Shown one piece after another: positions 23,582 through 38,200 of a stretch of DNA of 64,000 bases (positions are counted from its first letter, which is position 1; every line of letters begins with the position of its first letter). Source of the stretch: Marsupella aquatica (taxonomy: Eukaryota > Plantae > Marchantiophyta); assembly GCA_973895155.1 (NCBI GenBank), contig OZ316897.1, positions 894,515 through 958,514 of the forward strand. Direction: 5' to 3'. The notes below the pieces were generated by a model. The model worked only from the letters and a program-made list of their open reading frames with translations, searched no databases and was not told where the DNA came from. A program made the position numbers and the translations under genes.

Positions 23582-25389
23582 GTGCTATTTCTTTGTTGCT
23601 CCCTATATCCTTTTGTCACTTTTTCCTTCCTTCCGTCCCGTTGACTCAAATCCAAATCATGAAAAAATGTCATTTTTCACAACTTTCCAAAAAACTTGAA
23701 ACTTGTCACTGCCACGTAGCCCACCAGCTAGCAAGCCAATGCTGAAATCCGAAATTGAAACCGAGTTCCGACGAAAAACTTTTTCACGTTTCGGTCGGGG
23801 TGGGTAAAACTCAAAAAATTCTCCCCCATTTTGACCACCTCGGGGAATAAGAAAAATTCCAAGTACCACCCGTCGTCAGAGATGCAAATCAAGTGGTGCA
23901 CCGTGTTGCTAGCTTCAGTGGCTACGTCCTCGCCAAAAAAGATCCAAAAAAAGTTACCGTTCGGACCTTGGAATCTTCAACTAAAGGCCAAAAAACAGCT
24001 CTCTATTTTTTTAGAATATTCCTTGGACTGTGCGGCAGGTCTCACAGGGGGCCGTTCCCCCTGTCGGAGCGGTTAAATTGCCGGGTCACCGGGCCCTGGT
24101 TGCCGCTGAGCCAATGGGAGAAAGAGGAGAAAAAAGAAAAATTGCCCTAAAGGGGGGGGGAAATCCCTTTTCAAAAAATACAGGTATAATAAAAAAGGGG
24201 CATCCACGTCGCCTATACGCGTGACGGGCCAGGCAGAGTACTGCAAGAGGGAGGCACAAATACGTGCTCCTATACGGGCGCCAAGACAGGCCACGAGGCC
24301 CTATGGAGCATTAAGGCAGGGGAGGGAGGGGAGCGAGTGCGTATGCAGGAGGGAGGGCACGAGGCCCTATGTAGCATGTAAGAAGGGGGTGAGGTGTCGA
24401 GGCGCTATACGCGCGCGCGAAGGGGGAGGGGGGATGGCCGGGAGTAAAGAGGAGATGCAGGAGGGAGGGCATGGGGCCCTATGATGCAATAAAGAGGGGA
24501 GGCGAAGGGTCGCGAGGGAGGGGGAGGTGGCCGCGAGTAAATTTGTGCCCTATGCGCGCGCAGGGGGGGACCGTATATGGGGTAAGCAAGAGTATGGGGC
24601 CAGCCGATGTGTGTATACACACACAAAAAATGGCCCTTAAACCCCTTTAAAAAATGACAAATTTGCTTAAACAAAAAAGCCTGGATTACTCACTAAACAG
24701 ATGTCGTTTCAAATAGGAAAAGTGCCGACCGACATGAAAAATGTTTTCGGATTTTCCCCTTTGCCGTCAGCAGGTCCAGCAACACAAAATCTCCGATGTG
24801 TCTCCCTCATTGCGCATCAAGTGCCAATCCCAGACTCAGAATGATCACCTGGCCGTGATCTCTCCGTTAAGTCATAGCACTTTGCGATTCTCCCCCCGAG
24901 CCGAGTGTGACGTCGAGAAACCTGCTTCAGCCAAGGCTATGTCTCCATAGCCGGTTAGAAACTCAGAACGGCTCTTTTGCTCGGAACGTCGCACTCGCTA
25001 TACCTTCGACAGCAAACCAGCTACCAAAACGATCAGCTTTGCCCGATCTACGATTTGAGCTATAGTATGCGTCACCTCGTCCACCGCAAATCTCACACCG
25101 TTGAGTAAACGATCTCAGGTCCCCCCGAAAGAACCGTCGAAGAAAACCGTCGAACACAAATCACATAAAATCCAGAACCACGGAAACATGAATTCCTCCG
25201 CACCACAAAGTCCGTTAAGAGATTTCTTTGCACCGTCGGAAAGCCCTTGCCCCGATCTATCCGTTGAGCCCTACACCTCCAAGTTTCATGCGACAGAACT
25301 CCGTGAAATCCACTGACTCTAACCGCTGGAAAAATCGTCACCAACATGTCACAAAAATTTTGATCACCTTAACGTCACCTCCCAAGCTT

Positions 25390-25401
25390 GCTCTGATACC
25401 A
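25390..25401 (-). promoter_or_regulatory. Primer-binding site complementary to initiator tRNA-Met (TGGTATCAGAGC)
   Basis: GCTCTGATACCA on the plus strand, 2 nt from the LTR end. Confidence 0.95.
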
Positions 25402-25403
25402 AT

Positions 25404-25809
25404 TGTTGAACTAAGACGTCATTCGTAATGACCATACAACCATGACTCATTCCATGCACACATAGTCGACACAATCTCTACGTGGTTCACCTCTTCTCCA
25501 AGGCTACGTCCACACGAACACTCAAGCTTTACTTCAAGAGTAGACGAACACTCATGCTCTCCCTCTTTCTCAAGTTGCTCCGTTACAATGAGTAAGCACC
25601 ACACCACCAGCGGCTTACACTAGCCCTGGTATATACAAGGTCACACACGACTAACCTAACCTCAGCTAAGACCCTAACTGTGGTTAGCCTAAGTGCCGTA
25701 ACCTTTGAGTCACAAGACTAAGAGCAATCCTTAACACTCTTGACATTCCGATCTGTTGGATGCCAAGTGTCGTTCGATCTGTTGGATGCCAAGTGTTGCA
25801 CCAATAACA
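25404..25809 (-). repeat. Copia 5' LTR (~406 bp)
   Basis: TGTTATTGG...TTCAACA termini, TATA-like at ~25630, and an internal duplicated CGATCTGTTGGATGCCAAGTGT. The outer boundary is inferred from the TGTT..AACA symmetry only. Confidence 0.8.
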
Positions 25810-26404
25810 GAAGGCAGAAATCCTAGTTTATTTATCTAGGTATTTGCTTGATCGAACCCCAAAATGAAACTTGTTATTTGATCACCCCCGAGATCTATCA
25901 AAGGATCCACCCCAAAATGAAACTTGTTATTTGATCACCCCCAGGTCTATCAAAGTCCACATCTGAGATAGAAAGGTCTATCAACTCTCCAAATCTGAGA
26001 TAGAAAGGTCCATCAACTCAACTGTCCAGACTGGAGAAAAGTATGGAGAGGGTTGATTAAACAAACCTTTTCCAAAAGGGGTTTACTATATAAGCATATC
26101 TCTCTTTATTTAAATCTGAAAGCTTGTTTTCTTTTTTATTATTTAAAAAAAAAAAAAATTCACGTTTGCCACCGTGGCGAAGACCAGTGATGCAAATAAC
26201 AAACCAAATCTAGGGCCACATGCGCCCAAAACAGTGACTCAATGCCAAAAACCACCCCAACTGATCACAAGGTCACCTTCAAAGGAAGGGCCAAAGGATA
26301 ACAAAATTCAAAAAAACTAAACCACATAAAAGGCAAACAGGGCACCACCCTCATATAAAGGGGGGCCTACACTAGAATAAACAAGACTCCCACAACAAAA
26401 CCTA

Positions 26405-26528
26405 AGTGACTATTGCCAGTTAGGGCAGTGAAAGCTTACTTTAACAGGGCCTAAGTGACTATTGCCAGTTAGGGCCCTGAAAGCTTGCTTTAACAGGGCC
26501 CTGAAAGCTTGCTTTAACAGGGCCCTGA
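26405..26528. repeat. Short tandem repeats (GAAAGCTTRCTTTAACAGGGCC x3)
   Basis: Directly visible. Confidence 0.8.
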
Positions 26529-29188
26529 ATTCCTATCTCTCAATCAATTACGGAAATGGTCAAATACACATCATTACCATCTTGAACAGAGCCTTAACAT
26601 TTGTTGTTTCCAACCTTTACTTGCATGTCTCTTTGTATGAAAAGAACTCGGTAAATACTCAGGTCGGTATATTATTAGCAAACATTATAATTATTCACAC
26701 GTAAAATCGATTTAAGATCACGTCATCGAAGCGATTATGGACCCCCATGAGCATGGGAGCATATCCCTTCCAGTTTCGTGCACGCTTGCTTTTTGGTATA
26801 GCTCCAGACGAAATTGTTATTCCAAGAATAATCAAAACTTGCACGGTCTGGTAAAATTTGATTGAGTGGAATCTGTTCCTTAGTTGAGCTGAAAACTGCT
26901 CTAACTTGTGACTAGATTTTGGGTCAAAACTTGAACGGAATCACCAGTTTACACCCAGTTTTTAACTCAGTTTCCCGATTGAACTTCCCTATCGATCCTG
27001 TCAAGTGCTGTGGCGGCTGGTCGAACAGGTGCTCGGACAATGTCAGCTCCACCATCGATCTCCTTCTCGATCTTGCTCATCTCCATATCTTGAATATATA
27101 GAGGACAAGAAGTGAACAGAAATTGTGATATGATTAATATCAACTGAAGTCCTCCCCTCCTCTATTGTCTGGACTTCGCTTTATTTATAGTTCTGCCTTC
27201 ATTTATCTAATTTTCCTTTTACTTTAATTATCTTTTGGGGTTCTACAATGAAAGAAGTTAAGCCAGCTTAATCTTTGATATCGCTGGGATATTTCGTTGC
27301 TGCACTGGTTGCTCTCCGAACACCTCTCTCTAGTTTGCCATGATGCTGATTTGGAGTAAATTATCCGTGAATCTCCTGGGGGACTAGCTCGCTGCCAAAC
27401 TGCTACTCCTCACAGACTCTCGAATCTCGATCATGCCTTTACTGTCTTCCGTTATAATCGGTGCCACAAACTCACGCCATGCAGATGACTGTCTTGGACT
27501 TCACGCGTTGACCTGGAGCTTCCGTTGTGGCCATTCGTAGTCGCAATCATTGATGACTTAGACTTCAATTTCTTGGACGAACACGTGCAATTGACTGCCC
27601 AACCATGTGCCTACAGTGGTTTGTAACTTCTTACAACTTTACAATTTTTAGCTGCACCGAGGGTCCGAAACCTGGGACACACACCACTTCAACTGAATAC
27701 TGGAGCATTTCGTAAGTGACTGGGCCAATGGGACTGCGCTTGTTTTTGCAGCATGCTTGCAGTTCCCCAGGTCCACTATTTGTAATAGACTTCCACTTCA
27801 TGAGTATCTAACAACCGAGTTCAATATCAGCGCCGATCTGACTACTCCATTGGATTGTACTAGGTGTAAAACATGCAATCCTCAGCCCTGTTGGATTGTG
27901 TTTCCGAAGCCCCCAATTCAAGCTCGTGATCACTTTTCCTATCCCACTGTATCAGTCAAGTTGCTTGCTCGCCAGCTAGCGTTGCCCTCTTGCAAAGAAA
28001 TTAAACACTGTGAACAGATTGAAAAGTGTTCATCGAATTCCTCACCTGAGCTACCGATTGCACGTGCTTCGAGTTGGGCATACTTCGGTCTTCACAACAG
28101 GACAACTCTTTCGGTCTGTGAGGGACATCCTTCCGACGGAGCTCCTGTCTAGGCAATGACGGTGTTTAGAAATGTAGTTCATCTTATCCACCCGCTTATC
28201 CACTTCCACAGTGCTTGTCGACAAGGAAGCTTAGAGCGACTCATGTGAGGTTCTGTACTGACAGGAGTCTTGTTGTTAACAGAGTGCATCCAAAATGCTG
28301 AAGGACAGAAATTCCAAGACTCTACTCCTATCATCGTGGAGGAGACCTGCCGAAGCAGATCGAGCGGGGCCAGTCTCATCGTGCACGCCGCATCTCCGAA
28401 GTCCACGCTTACGTGGATGTTTCTGTTTAGCATGCGTTTGACCGTTTTCAGTCTTTTGGGATAATTATCATTCGTTTGAACCTCTAGTACGTCAGCCTGA
28501 GTCGACAGCCTCTGGACCCTGATATTGGGGCGAGGCTACATTGACGGGTGGGTAGAAATACGAGGCGGGCAATGCATGAGGACTAGACTGTAAATTCGAA
28601 CATACAAAGTTTCGGACTTACGGTGAATTTGCTCGGGATAGAGGGCATGCTGTTAGAACTGTCGAGTTTGCATCACATACTGAGGACTCGTGCGTCCCAG
28701 CACACTTTCGTTTCTCATGCAGAAAGTTTGGTTGGGGAACAGTCCGGCCAGCTGACCATTGGGGAGCTGTCAAATCCATTCCTTCAGTCGTAAAATTTGT
28801 AAGACGCTCTTGCGAGCTGGGGGCGTACATCGGTTCAAATATTAGAGACTTATGTTCCTTATATATGTGGAAATTAAAACCTGGTTAGTAATTAGTGAAG
28901 AGTAACTGCAGCCGTTCTTGTCTACAGCAACTTGCTCCTTGCTGGCCTACCCACCATGGGATTAAAATGGCAAGGGGAATCCTAGACCCGGAAACCGAAA
29001 TTCTTAAATTTGCCTAGCTTGACAGTGAGTGGATCAATCACGATTAATAGATGGAATAAAAGGAAACAACCTTCACACACATCAAATGGATTGAGTTCAA
29101 GTAATTGTGTACAGATCTTTATTTTCCGTCTTCTCCTTGAAGAGAAACGACAGACAAACTTAGAAATGTTCTCTGATCCATAACGCAG

Positions 29189-29189
<1 letters not shown>

Positions 29190-29256
<67 letters not shown>
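29190..29256. repeat. (GA)n microsatellite
   Basis: Uninterrupted GA run of ~33 units. Confidence 0.98.
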
Positions 29257-29259
<3 letters not shown>

Positions 29260-32200
29260 ACCTCAAGACCTGAACTCCCCGCAGAGATCAGAGACAGACA
29301 TATTGACAAGCGGAATAGACATGAGCTCCTTAATTAGCGGGAAAACAGCGAAGAGTTAAAACAATTACGCCCACTGCATGTTACATGAATAAAGCTAACT
29401 GGAGACCACCTTACCACGTGGTGAGTACACAGACTAACACCCGCGGCATCTTACATGAGTGACAAGTAACCGGAGAAACCTTAAACGAGAGATAGCGTCG
29501 GTCACAAAGAGAAGACAGAGCATTAATCCCGTCACAGAGTGCTACTGGCATTGTCCATTCAACTGAAGGTGTTCCCAGAATCTTCTTGAATGTTGTCTGA
29601 TGACTGATTGGAGCTAAGGAAACAAATTCGATGAAGGAAAGCATTTGTTACGCTGTGCCACGCATTTTGGCCCGGACAATCCAGAGCAGAACAGTGGGCA
29701 CCGCGTAATTAAGCTCAGTGGTGCCACATTTGGCTTTGATTCCTCCCACATGCCTCAAGACTGTTGAAGTGTTGAGACAACTGAGACATTAGCCCGTGAT
29801 CCCAAAAGTCTGTTTCCCACTCTAGCTACCTGTTACGTACACTACCAGAGCCTCATCTTATCAACACCGCAACTCCACTCCACTTAGACACAACCAACGC
29901 AACTTCTTTGCAACTACGATTCCATCTATCCACCCGGGCTGCCTACGATAGGTGAATCGTGATCAGATTGTCTGAGCTCAATGTGCAGAGTATCGATCCT
30001 GAACGTACATTGACTAGATCCATAATATTGAAGAAAGTTACATTCTAGCTATCTAAGATCTTGATCACAGTACCGAAGTAAGCATCTATTGCATCAATCA
30101 AATCTTCATGTACGTAGGTTACGTTGTTGACGCCTCACGAGGTAATAATCATCCATTATATATCACAAGGTTGAACTGTATTTGAGGTTGGGATGCAGCA
30201 ATCATCTGTGTGCGAACTGTAACACTTAAGATCTCCGTGTAGAAGCCCACTTAATTGCATAATGTGTCGGTTTATATATACCCATAAATCATTCGTTTTC
30301 GGGGGCGTCATCCCAACTCGATCAGTGGATTGGTTATTTCCCATTGCCCCGTAAAACACAAGAACGAAAATGGAAGTATGTCTTAAAAGAGTAGCGAGAC
30401 CTGTTTGATCAAGGGACTTGTCAGTTAATTTAGTGCTTGTACCTGCATTCAGATCGAGTTGTGACGAGCAAGAATTGTACTTAGAAGCTAGTGTCGCCAG
30501 TTCAATCTCTGAATGGTTTTACATCATTCGCTTTGCTAGAAATTGTGGTGTGTAGCTGGCCGCACGCAATCAATCTTAACGGAAGATGACGACAAATTCT
30601 GCGGAGTAGTGGTACAAGTAATTTTGATTAGTTAAATTCAATCAGGCTGAAGTTTTCTCTGCTGCGAGATAAGGTTTGGATGGACAACGCAACGTCAGAC
30701 ATCTGACCTGACCTAGGATTGAAGCTCCAAGAAGCGAATGCCCAGTTCACGGCAGTTTGACGAAGGTGAAAAATTTGTTTGAATGATGAGAGGATTAGAA
30801 AGCGTGTTAACAATTCCGCGTACAACGAAGGAACTATTCCAGAAAACCTCATTGAATCAAGGCCTTCGCAGAGACAATGATTATAGTATTCTGACTTCCA
30901 AACTTGTAAGTGCAAGATTTAATGCAAGAATATATGTAGCCGCCCTGCAATATATTGATGAAAACAACTTTAATTTGTACGTGGAGAACCAGAGCAATAA
31001 ACGCTCATGCATCATCCATATTGGCAGGCATATTGGTCGTTAGAGAGGACTGTCGCACTAAAGACCCGAATCCTATATAATTATCAGGGCAGGCCAGGTG
31101 AGGGTGATGCCTGATTTAAGTACGGTTACGATGGTGTATATATATGAAGCATACACCATTTGATGATATCGATGTATCAATTGCTAACGCTCGAGCTCAA
31201 GCACTTGAACTGTCGGTCTTGCCTGAAAAACAGAAAGCCTAGTTTAAATGGGCCCGATTTTCTAGCTGTCAATTCCGGAAATGCTCAACTATTCCTGGAG
31301 CATATGTTGAAGAGCGTAACTATTTTTCCCCCAACCTCATTTATCTCACCATGATGCTTAAAAAACACAGCAAAACAGTAAATCGGTAATAAGTACTGGG
31401 CTGAAGGTTATCAGCAAACAATCCTCTAAATCTAATTTAAGAGCCCGATCAACATGCGAGAATGTCCCCCACCTACAGTACTTGGGTATTTGAAGGGCCC
31501 ACTGCTTGTTTAATTTACTTTCAATAACAACAACAACTAATTTCTGTTGAGACAACACTCCTTAGAATAAAAGCTTTACCTTTTGTGTCAAATAGTATTG
31601 TTTTGTTCTATGAGAGTTCAGTCCTGATTTCGAACTTCACTCAAAGATCGAAACACTTAAAAAACGAATGGAATTAACGATGGTCTGAGCGATCTAATTA
31701 ACTTTGAGAAAGAGAAAAGCGGACAAGCTGCGGGGAAAAGGAACTTAATTAGGGGATGAATTAAGCTGACAAAAATACGAAAGCCAACGAAGCTGAAGGT
31801 GGAAGGTGAGCCCAAGTCCAAGAAAGTAAAATCGGCGTCGGCCCGGCCGGAGGCAACTGAACAAGAAACGACATCGACACGGAACAACTCACCTTCGCAA
31901 CGGGTGAACAGTGACGATTTGTGCCCCCGATTTCTTGTAAAGCCCCCCTCAAAGATACGTACTGTTTGCCGGCCCATTTGTTGCATATTTCACGTGGAGC
32001 CATCGAACTGGCACGCTAATCAAGATATGTGTCTCCGTCGATAAATTTCTGTTGACTACCAGTGGCTATGGGATCGATCGATCCGTGTGATTCGCGAAAA
32101 GGTAAACGCTGCAATTCTGCCCTTCTGTCACTAAGGAGATAACGACGATCACGGCAATACTCCCTGCTGAGCTAATGAACTTGCTGCAGGAACGCCTGAT

Positions 32201-32868
32201 GCATCTGCTCCGGAGTTTCGGTGAGTCGACGGTGCGCGTTTTCAGTTGATTTCTTGCACTTGCTCGATTGGAAGTTAATACGTGTGACAGGTACGCGTGC
32301 GTCACAGCTGCCAAAACCTTATTCAGCTGTTTACACCACCGACTCGTAGCATCAGATCACTGTGCGCCGAAGAGGGGCCTGGAAACCCTAGTCCTCCCTT
32401 GTGAAAATATCCCGATTCCCGGCTTGAAGTGCAAGGTTTCCAAATCCCATCCTGTCATTTGCTTGGGATAGCAATTTTGGTGTCACTGCGAACGTGTTTC
32501 AGGTCGATTTCTCTCGAAGACGGTGCTTGGTGGAAGCTACCTCAAGACCTTCAAGCATTGTGCAGAAGGTACTGTAGACTTTTCCTGAGGTTTTTCCTGA
32601 GAGTCCGTGGACGACCGGTGTGGATATCAGTATTAACTGCTTCTTCTCGCTGTGTTTCAGTATTGTAAGGGGATTTGTGAGGATTCATGTCATCTCTTTA
32701 ATTTGTTAATTGGACATTGTCCACCAGATTTTCAGGTGCTGAGTTGATTTCCTAGCCTGCGGCCGTGACCCAGATCGAGACGTTGCATTTAGTTTTGAAT
32801 TGTGTCCTGTTGACCCTCTTTGACGTGACATGTTTGGGGCGCACATTGTGGTCATTATTCATTGTGCA

Positions 32869-35225
32869 GATTGATCAAAGCGAGGAAGATCTCAGAGACT
32901 GGGAGTAATTTAGGAGTTTCAATTACGAGAGTCACAGTGTGGCAGATCAAAAAAATAATCCCGACCCTCACCGTGGGCGCCAATTTTGGAGCTGGCCAAA
33001 TTCAACTGGCTGTTGGTACGGAGCTGGAAAGAGTGGGGAGGTTGGGAGAGATAGAGCTTGCATCTAGGATTGGCCAGTCTCCTTTCAACGCGGCGAGGAA
33101 CCTTAGCTTGGTGGGAAGCATACATGGACTCGACCTAGAGAAAAAGATGACCGCTGTGTCTGTGGATGAAGTGATACAGAAGCTAGAAGGGGTCAGTTTT
33201 CAGGTGGGCGTAATAGTGGATGTCAATATGTACGAGGTAAGGGAAAACAACCTTGGAGCCTCTAAGCCTAGAGATGCCATGCTCGCATCACTCTTTCTTT
33301 GTATCAGCCATGCAGTCGGGGATAGAAGCGCAGTTCGATGCCTCAAAAAGTTTGTAATGAAGCTCTGTGAAGAAGTACGGGGCGAACAAACCGTAGATGG
33401 AGCATGGTTGGAGACATTCCTCGAGAGGCTTCGGAAATGCCTGCACCTAGCTGGTCCCATCTCCAAACTCCAGAGAGCGGTGGACGATTACAATGTGAAG
33501 TTTCACGAAGGTCTCCCTTGGAATGAAGGTTATCGTCGGGTGGTGGAGAAGGGAGTTGAGGTGCTGCTTGATAAATTGGCCCAGCCATTTGATCACGATA
33601 CTGGTGCAAGCCCTGAAGTGTGGTGGACTCGCAGCAAAAAAGTGCACAAGCTTGCATACCTGTTATGCTTCATGGGCTGGAATGTGGAAGTAGAAACGGA
33701 TCTAATGCCAATGAAACCTCGGAAGACGAATTTGGTCGTGAAATTCACAGATAAGGAGTCAGGAAAACTTATTGAGGACAAGCTGAATATGGCTGGAGTG
33801 TCCGCTCCCCATCGCAGGTGGCCAAGCTTTGAGGATGAACAGGGTCCTGGAGTGCTCGTCCCCACGAAGGAGGCACTGGTCCATGTTGTACGTGCAGTGT
33901 TGCAAAAACAAACTACTTAGGGAAGAGCAGAGGAGTCCTGGGATCTAGGATTCCAAATTGGGGAGAAATGCAAGGTAGAATTAGTTTTTGGTGAAACAGA
34001 GTGCAGCTACAAATTTGGAGAGTCTACTTTCGAGAGTGTGAGTGGACACGCGGGTGCAGCCGTGGATCTACTGCACGAGATTGACAGGTCCTTGAAACAG
34101 TATAGCTTCATGTTGCATAAGATCGTGAGGGGTGCGGGGAGGGAATACGAGAACCTGATCAACCGTTTAAAGAATACATTCAAAGATCCAACAGTGCTAC
34201 TCTTTTCAGAAGGTCCTCCAAACAACGATGAAGACGACAAGCTGAGGATTGTGGTGGCTTTCTATTTTGGCTTGGTCTATGGTAAGTTGGAGGCTTTGTT
34301 AGTTGCGACGGGCCTGAAGGACGAGGGTGGAGCCTGGGGTTCCACACAGCAACCCTTGGAATTTAGAATAGGTTGGATGGATTATATGAATAAGTTTCTA
34401 CATGATGTTCACTCCAAGATGTGGGAGTTGTCGACAGCCAACGTCGCACCATATCGCATGCACTCGGTTTTTTCATTCATTGGTATGTGCTGTACGAGTA
34501 AAAGCTTACACTTTGGAAGCCTGGCACTGTTGGAGGACATTGTGGGTTTCTGGACAGGCAGTTCGCTTCTAATGCTGGCAACAGCTCTGATGCCAGGGAT
34601 CAATCCGACGGAAGGTGCTAAGCTGGTGAATTATCCATACTGGTTTGTGAACTTGAGCACGTCTGACGGTGTGCATGTGCAGAGCTCGAAGTGGATTGAG
34701 GGCGAAGAGAAAATCCAGAACTTAAGTAGCGGTGGTGGGACAGACGAATTCTTACCTGTACAATTTGAGGACCCCCCTCGGCGGAAGCTGAAAATATTTC
34801 TGTGCCCAAACTACGTGGACGAGAATGCAAAAGTGGTACACTCCATGATGTGCGAAGGTGACATCGTATATATTGCACCAGTGATGGGTGCATTGGTGAA
34901 CTTGCACAATAAGACAGTGGGGTGCTCTTATCGAAGGACCTCTGGATGTTGTGATGGTACAGCTAAAAGGAAACTGAATTGCCGTGGTGGTCTGCCTATT
35001 TATAGTGGAGTATTCCAGCTTGCCAATCGAGACTACCATGGCATTAGTGGAAATAGAGAAGAAATGCCAGAAGAAGTAGGAGTGATGATGGCGCGAGGTG
35101 ACATACCGTGGAGGTTTGCTGCTGCTTGCATCTACCACGACACGAACTTTGTCATCGCCGAGTCCTGTTTGTCATGTGCAAGGGAGGGAAAAGTGGATCG
35201 AAAGTGGGCTGAGTACATCATCTGA
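32869..35225 (+). pseudogene. Orphan ~790-codon single-exon reading frame split by one TAG (33918-33920); function unknown
   Basis: ORFs 32862-33920 and 34038-35225 share a frame, and the 117 nt between them are open. Splice acceptor TGCAG at 32864-32868; C-terminal CxxC (SCLSCA). Confidence 0.65.
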
Positions 35226-38200
35226 TCATTTGCTGTTGGAGCGGAATTGGTAGACCTTTGGTGATTGGTATATTAACTCTTCGTCAATGGCTGTGTAGAA
35301 TGTTTCTGAGAGTTTGCAAGCTTTTGGATGCGGGGCTACAGAGTCAAAACAATGGAGAAATGAGGAAAGAGGATTTCCCCATTCTACTCACTCAAATTTC
35401 CTGTTGATCAATGTCAACAAATACATTTCAGATAGCGTTCTTTGATGCCAGCTTTGATGTTAGGAGTATGATTATTTATGAGCTTTTAGATCAAGTATGA
35501 CTGGTAAGTTGCTAAGTTCTCCTCCAATTCTTATTTTTTTAAAGTATAGGCATTAATGTGCTGAGAATCAGGTGAGAATCAGGAATTGGGAGGTGTCTTC
35601 GTTTACACACCGTGCTGGGTCTGGACCTCCTCCAGTGAGTACAGTGGCTGAGTGTGCGATAAAGGAGTAACGTAAAGAGTTTCCAAACTAGAAATATTCT
35701 CATTAAAAGCATCCGTCCCCGAATGCCCATTTAGTGAGAATGTCTCCATTGCACTGTAGACTGATGGAATTTCTCGCTGTCTATTATAATTATATAGCAT
35801 GTTCGTTCTAAGACACAAGAAATTTTAACTTATTGACAATAATGTCAATTGTATCCTATCAAAGAGCAATTATAGCATAATATTCAAATGCATTAAAACA
35901 AGGAATCAAATAAATAAATAGAATAAAAATGCACACCTTTATAGTGAAGAAACTACCGTACTTTTGAGGTGAAAAACAAGTACGTAACTTATAAGTCAAT
36001 GTACCTTAGAGGTATAGTATTTTGTGGTTGACAGAAAAGTATGTTAGTTTTATACTCTAGCTTTGTACTCTACTTTTAGGCCCTATTGAAAGATTCACTA
36101 TTTAGGTGACACCTGTTAGCCTCTAAACCATAAGGGTTGGAAAGTTTTTCACCAATGGACATATAACCTACAGGGCATATCTGGTTTTTGTATTGGGTGC
36201 ATCCTGGTGAGTCTGACCATCTCTTGCAATAGAGAATGAATGGCAGAAAAAAAATCTCATCAAATATATGATAAGCTATCACAATAAAACATATCAAATC
36301 AAATGAAATCATAAACTTGAAATAATTAAAGGGGTTAGATAATTTGTTAAATTCAAACCAATACAAAGTGAAATGATACACTAGGCCAGATTTAAAAGAA
36401 AATTCAAAACTCATATTTCTAATAAGACAAAATAAGGTAGAAGGTGTTCGCCATATAGCAATTATAATCATACTAGCTCATTAGTGAGTTGCACAAAAGA
36501 TCTGTGACATAAAAGATGTCAATGTTTAAAATGTAGATACATAATATGTAGATGTGTAAAAATATTGTTGCACAAAAGATTTCATTGCATAATAAAAAGA
36601 AGTCATTGCTGAAAAGATATCATTAATATTGTGAAGGAAAAGATGTTGTTTAATAAAAGAAATACTTGTGTAAAGGTTCCATTGCATATAAAGGGCTTGT
36701 TCCAGAAAAGAGATTGTTGTGTTTTGGATCTCATAGCATAAAAAATGCTGCATTAAAAGATGATGTTGCTCAAAGATGTTATGAAGGAAAAGACATTGTT
36801 ATCTAAAAGAAATTGTTGCATAAGAGATGTCAAAGGCAGGCACTTGGGCATAGGCCAATAAGAGGCTATATTTGGCCTTCAAGAAAAAAATGTGGAAGAT
36901 CTGCTCACTTGACTCTCAAAAATGAGTTCATTTCAGTTTGTGGTTAATGTCACAAACAGGATACTCAGGATTGACATCTCAGGATTGAGATGGATAGACC
37001 ACTTTTGGGGCTTTGTGTAATTCATTTGGTGCAAGGTAGCCTAACTGGTGGGAGCGGGAGACAAATCCTCCTTGATACTCCCCATCCATTTTGTCAGATT
37101 TCATCTCTGTTTTTTCCTTTTTCCTTTTTCCAGTTTTTTTGGTTTCTTCCTTGATTTGGTTCCTTCCCAAAAAAAACTGGCACTGCAAATTTTCAAGAAT
37201 AGCCAGGACCATGTATTCTAGATGTTAATGTTGAAGATGTGTAATTATTTTTTAAATGTCGAAGATGTGTCACCTGCCAGGGACAATGAACTTCAAGTGA
37301 CCAGATCACTAGTATGGCAGATCATGCTTGGATGGTTATTAATAGAGTCCCTCTCTCAAGCTGTGCTTGAGACTCCAAGTTGTACAGAATAGTATGTGCG
37401 TGATGCTGAGAGTAGACTGGCAGCAATTGGGGGTGGATATAAGAATAATTTACGATAGCTTATTAATGCTTAGAGCTTCTTCTTCAAATTCAAATTCAAA
37501 TAAATGTACATGTGAAAGATCGGCCCAATTGACTCTCAAAAATAATTTAATAAATATAATAATGCTTAGAGCTTTGTTGCCTAATAAATGAACCCACCTG
37601 CAATATGGCCTACCCACCTGAAATGCTTGGGGTCAGGACTTATTTTTCATAGGTAATTAGTTATGTTTTAATTCTCCTTACCTGATTTTTTTCATAGTTA
37701 GCTAGATTATGATATTTGAATTGCATTTATGACAGATCTATTCTTTGTAAGCTCGTCTATTTGGAATTCTAAACTATAATACAAGGTTGTGCCTTTTTAT
37801 GCACTGGTCATCATTCAAATCTGGAGTGGCTTTTTGGGTGAAAAAAACAGAAACTGCAAACAGTGGAAGGAATAAAGAATAAATGAATTATATTTGGTGT
37901 GAATGAAAAAGTGAATGGCTGCACACTTCCCCAAGCTAGAAGGAAAAGACAATGAAAGTCTTCTCTTTATCATCCATCTATACAAATTAAAAGTTCTTCC
38001 CTCTACTATCCACCTTATACCATGCTCCCTCTATCATCCATGCTAGCTCTTAACTCCTTCTACCATCTATGCAATACCATGCTCTTCTCCTCCCTCTACC
38101 ATCCATGCTATATCATCCATGGATACAGGGCTACATAATGACAGTAGTTTAATTGCAAATATCACATAGTCAATCAAGTAGAGCATAATCTAATCAATGA

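Larger units (their letters stand above)
19598..25809 (-). mobile_element. Ty1/Copia LTR retrotransposon (5' LTR, PBS, long leader, gag-pol); 3' end displaced by the CACTA insertion
   Basis: LTR TG...CA, PBS, and gag-PR-IN-RT-RH domain order. Confidence 0.95.
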
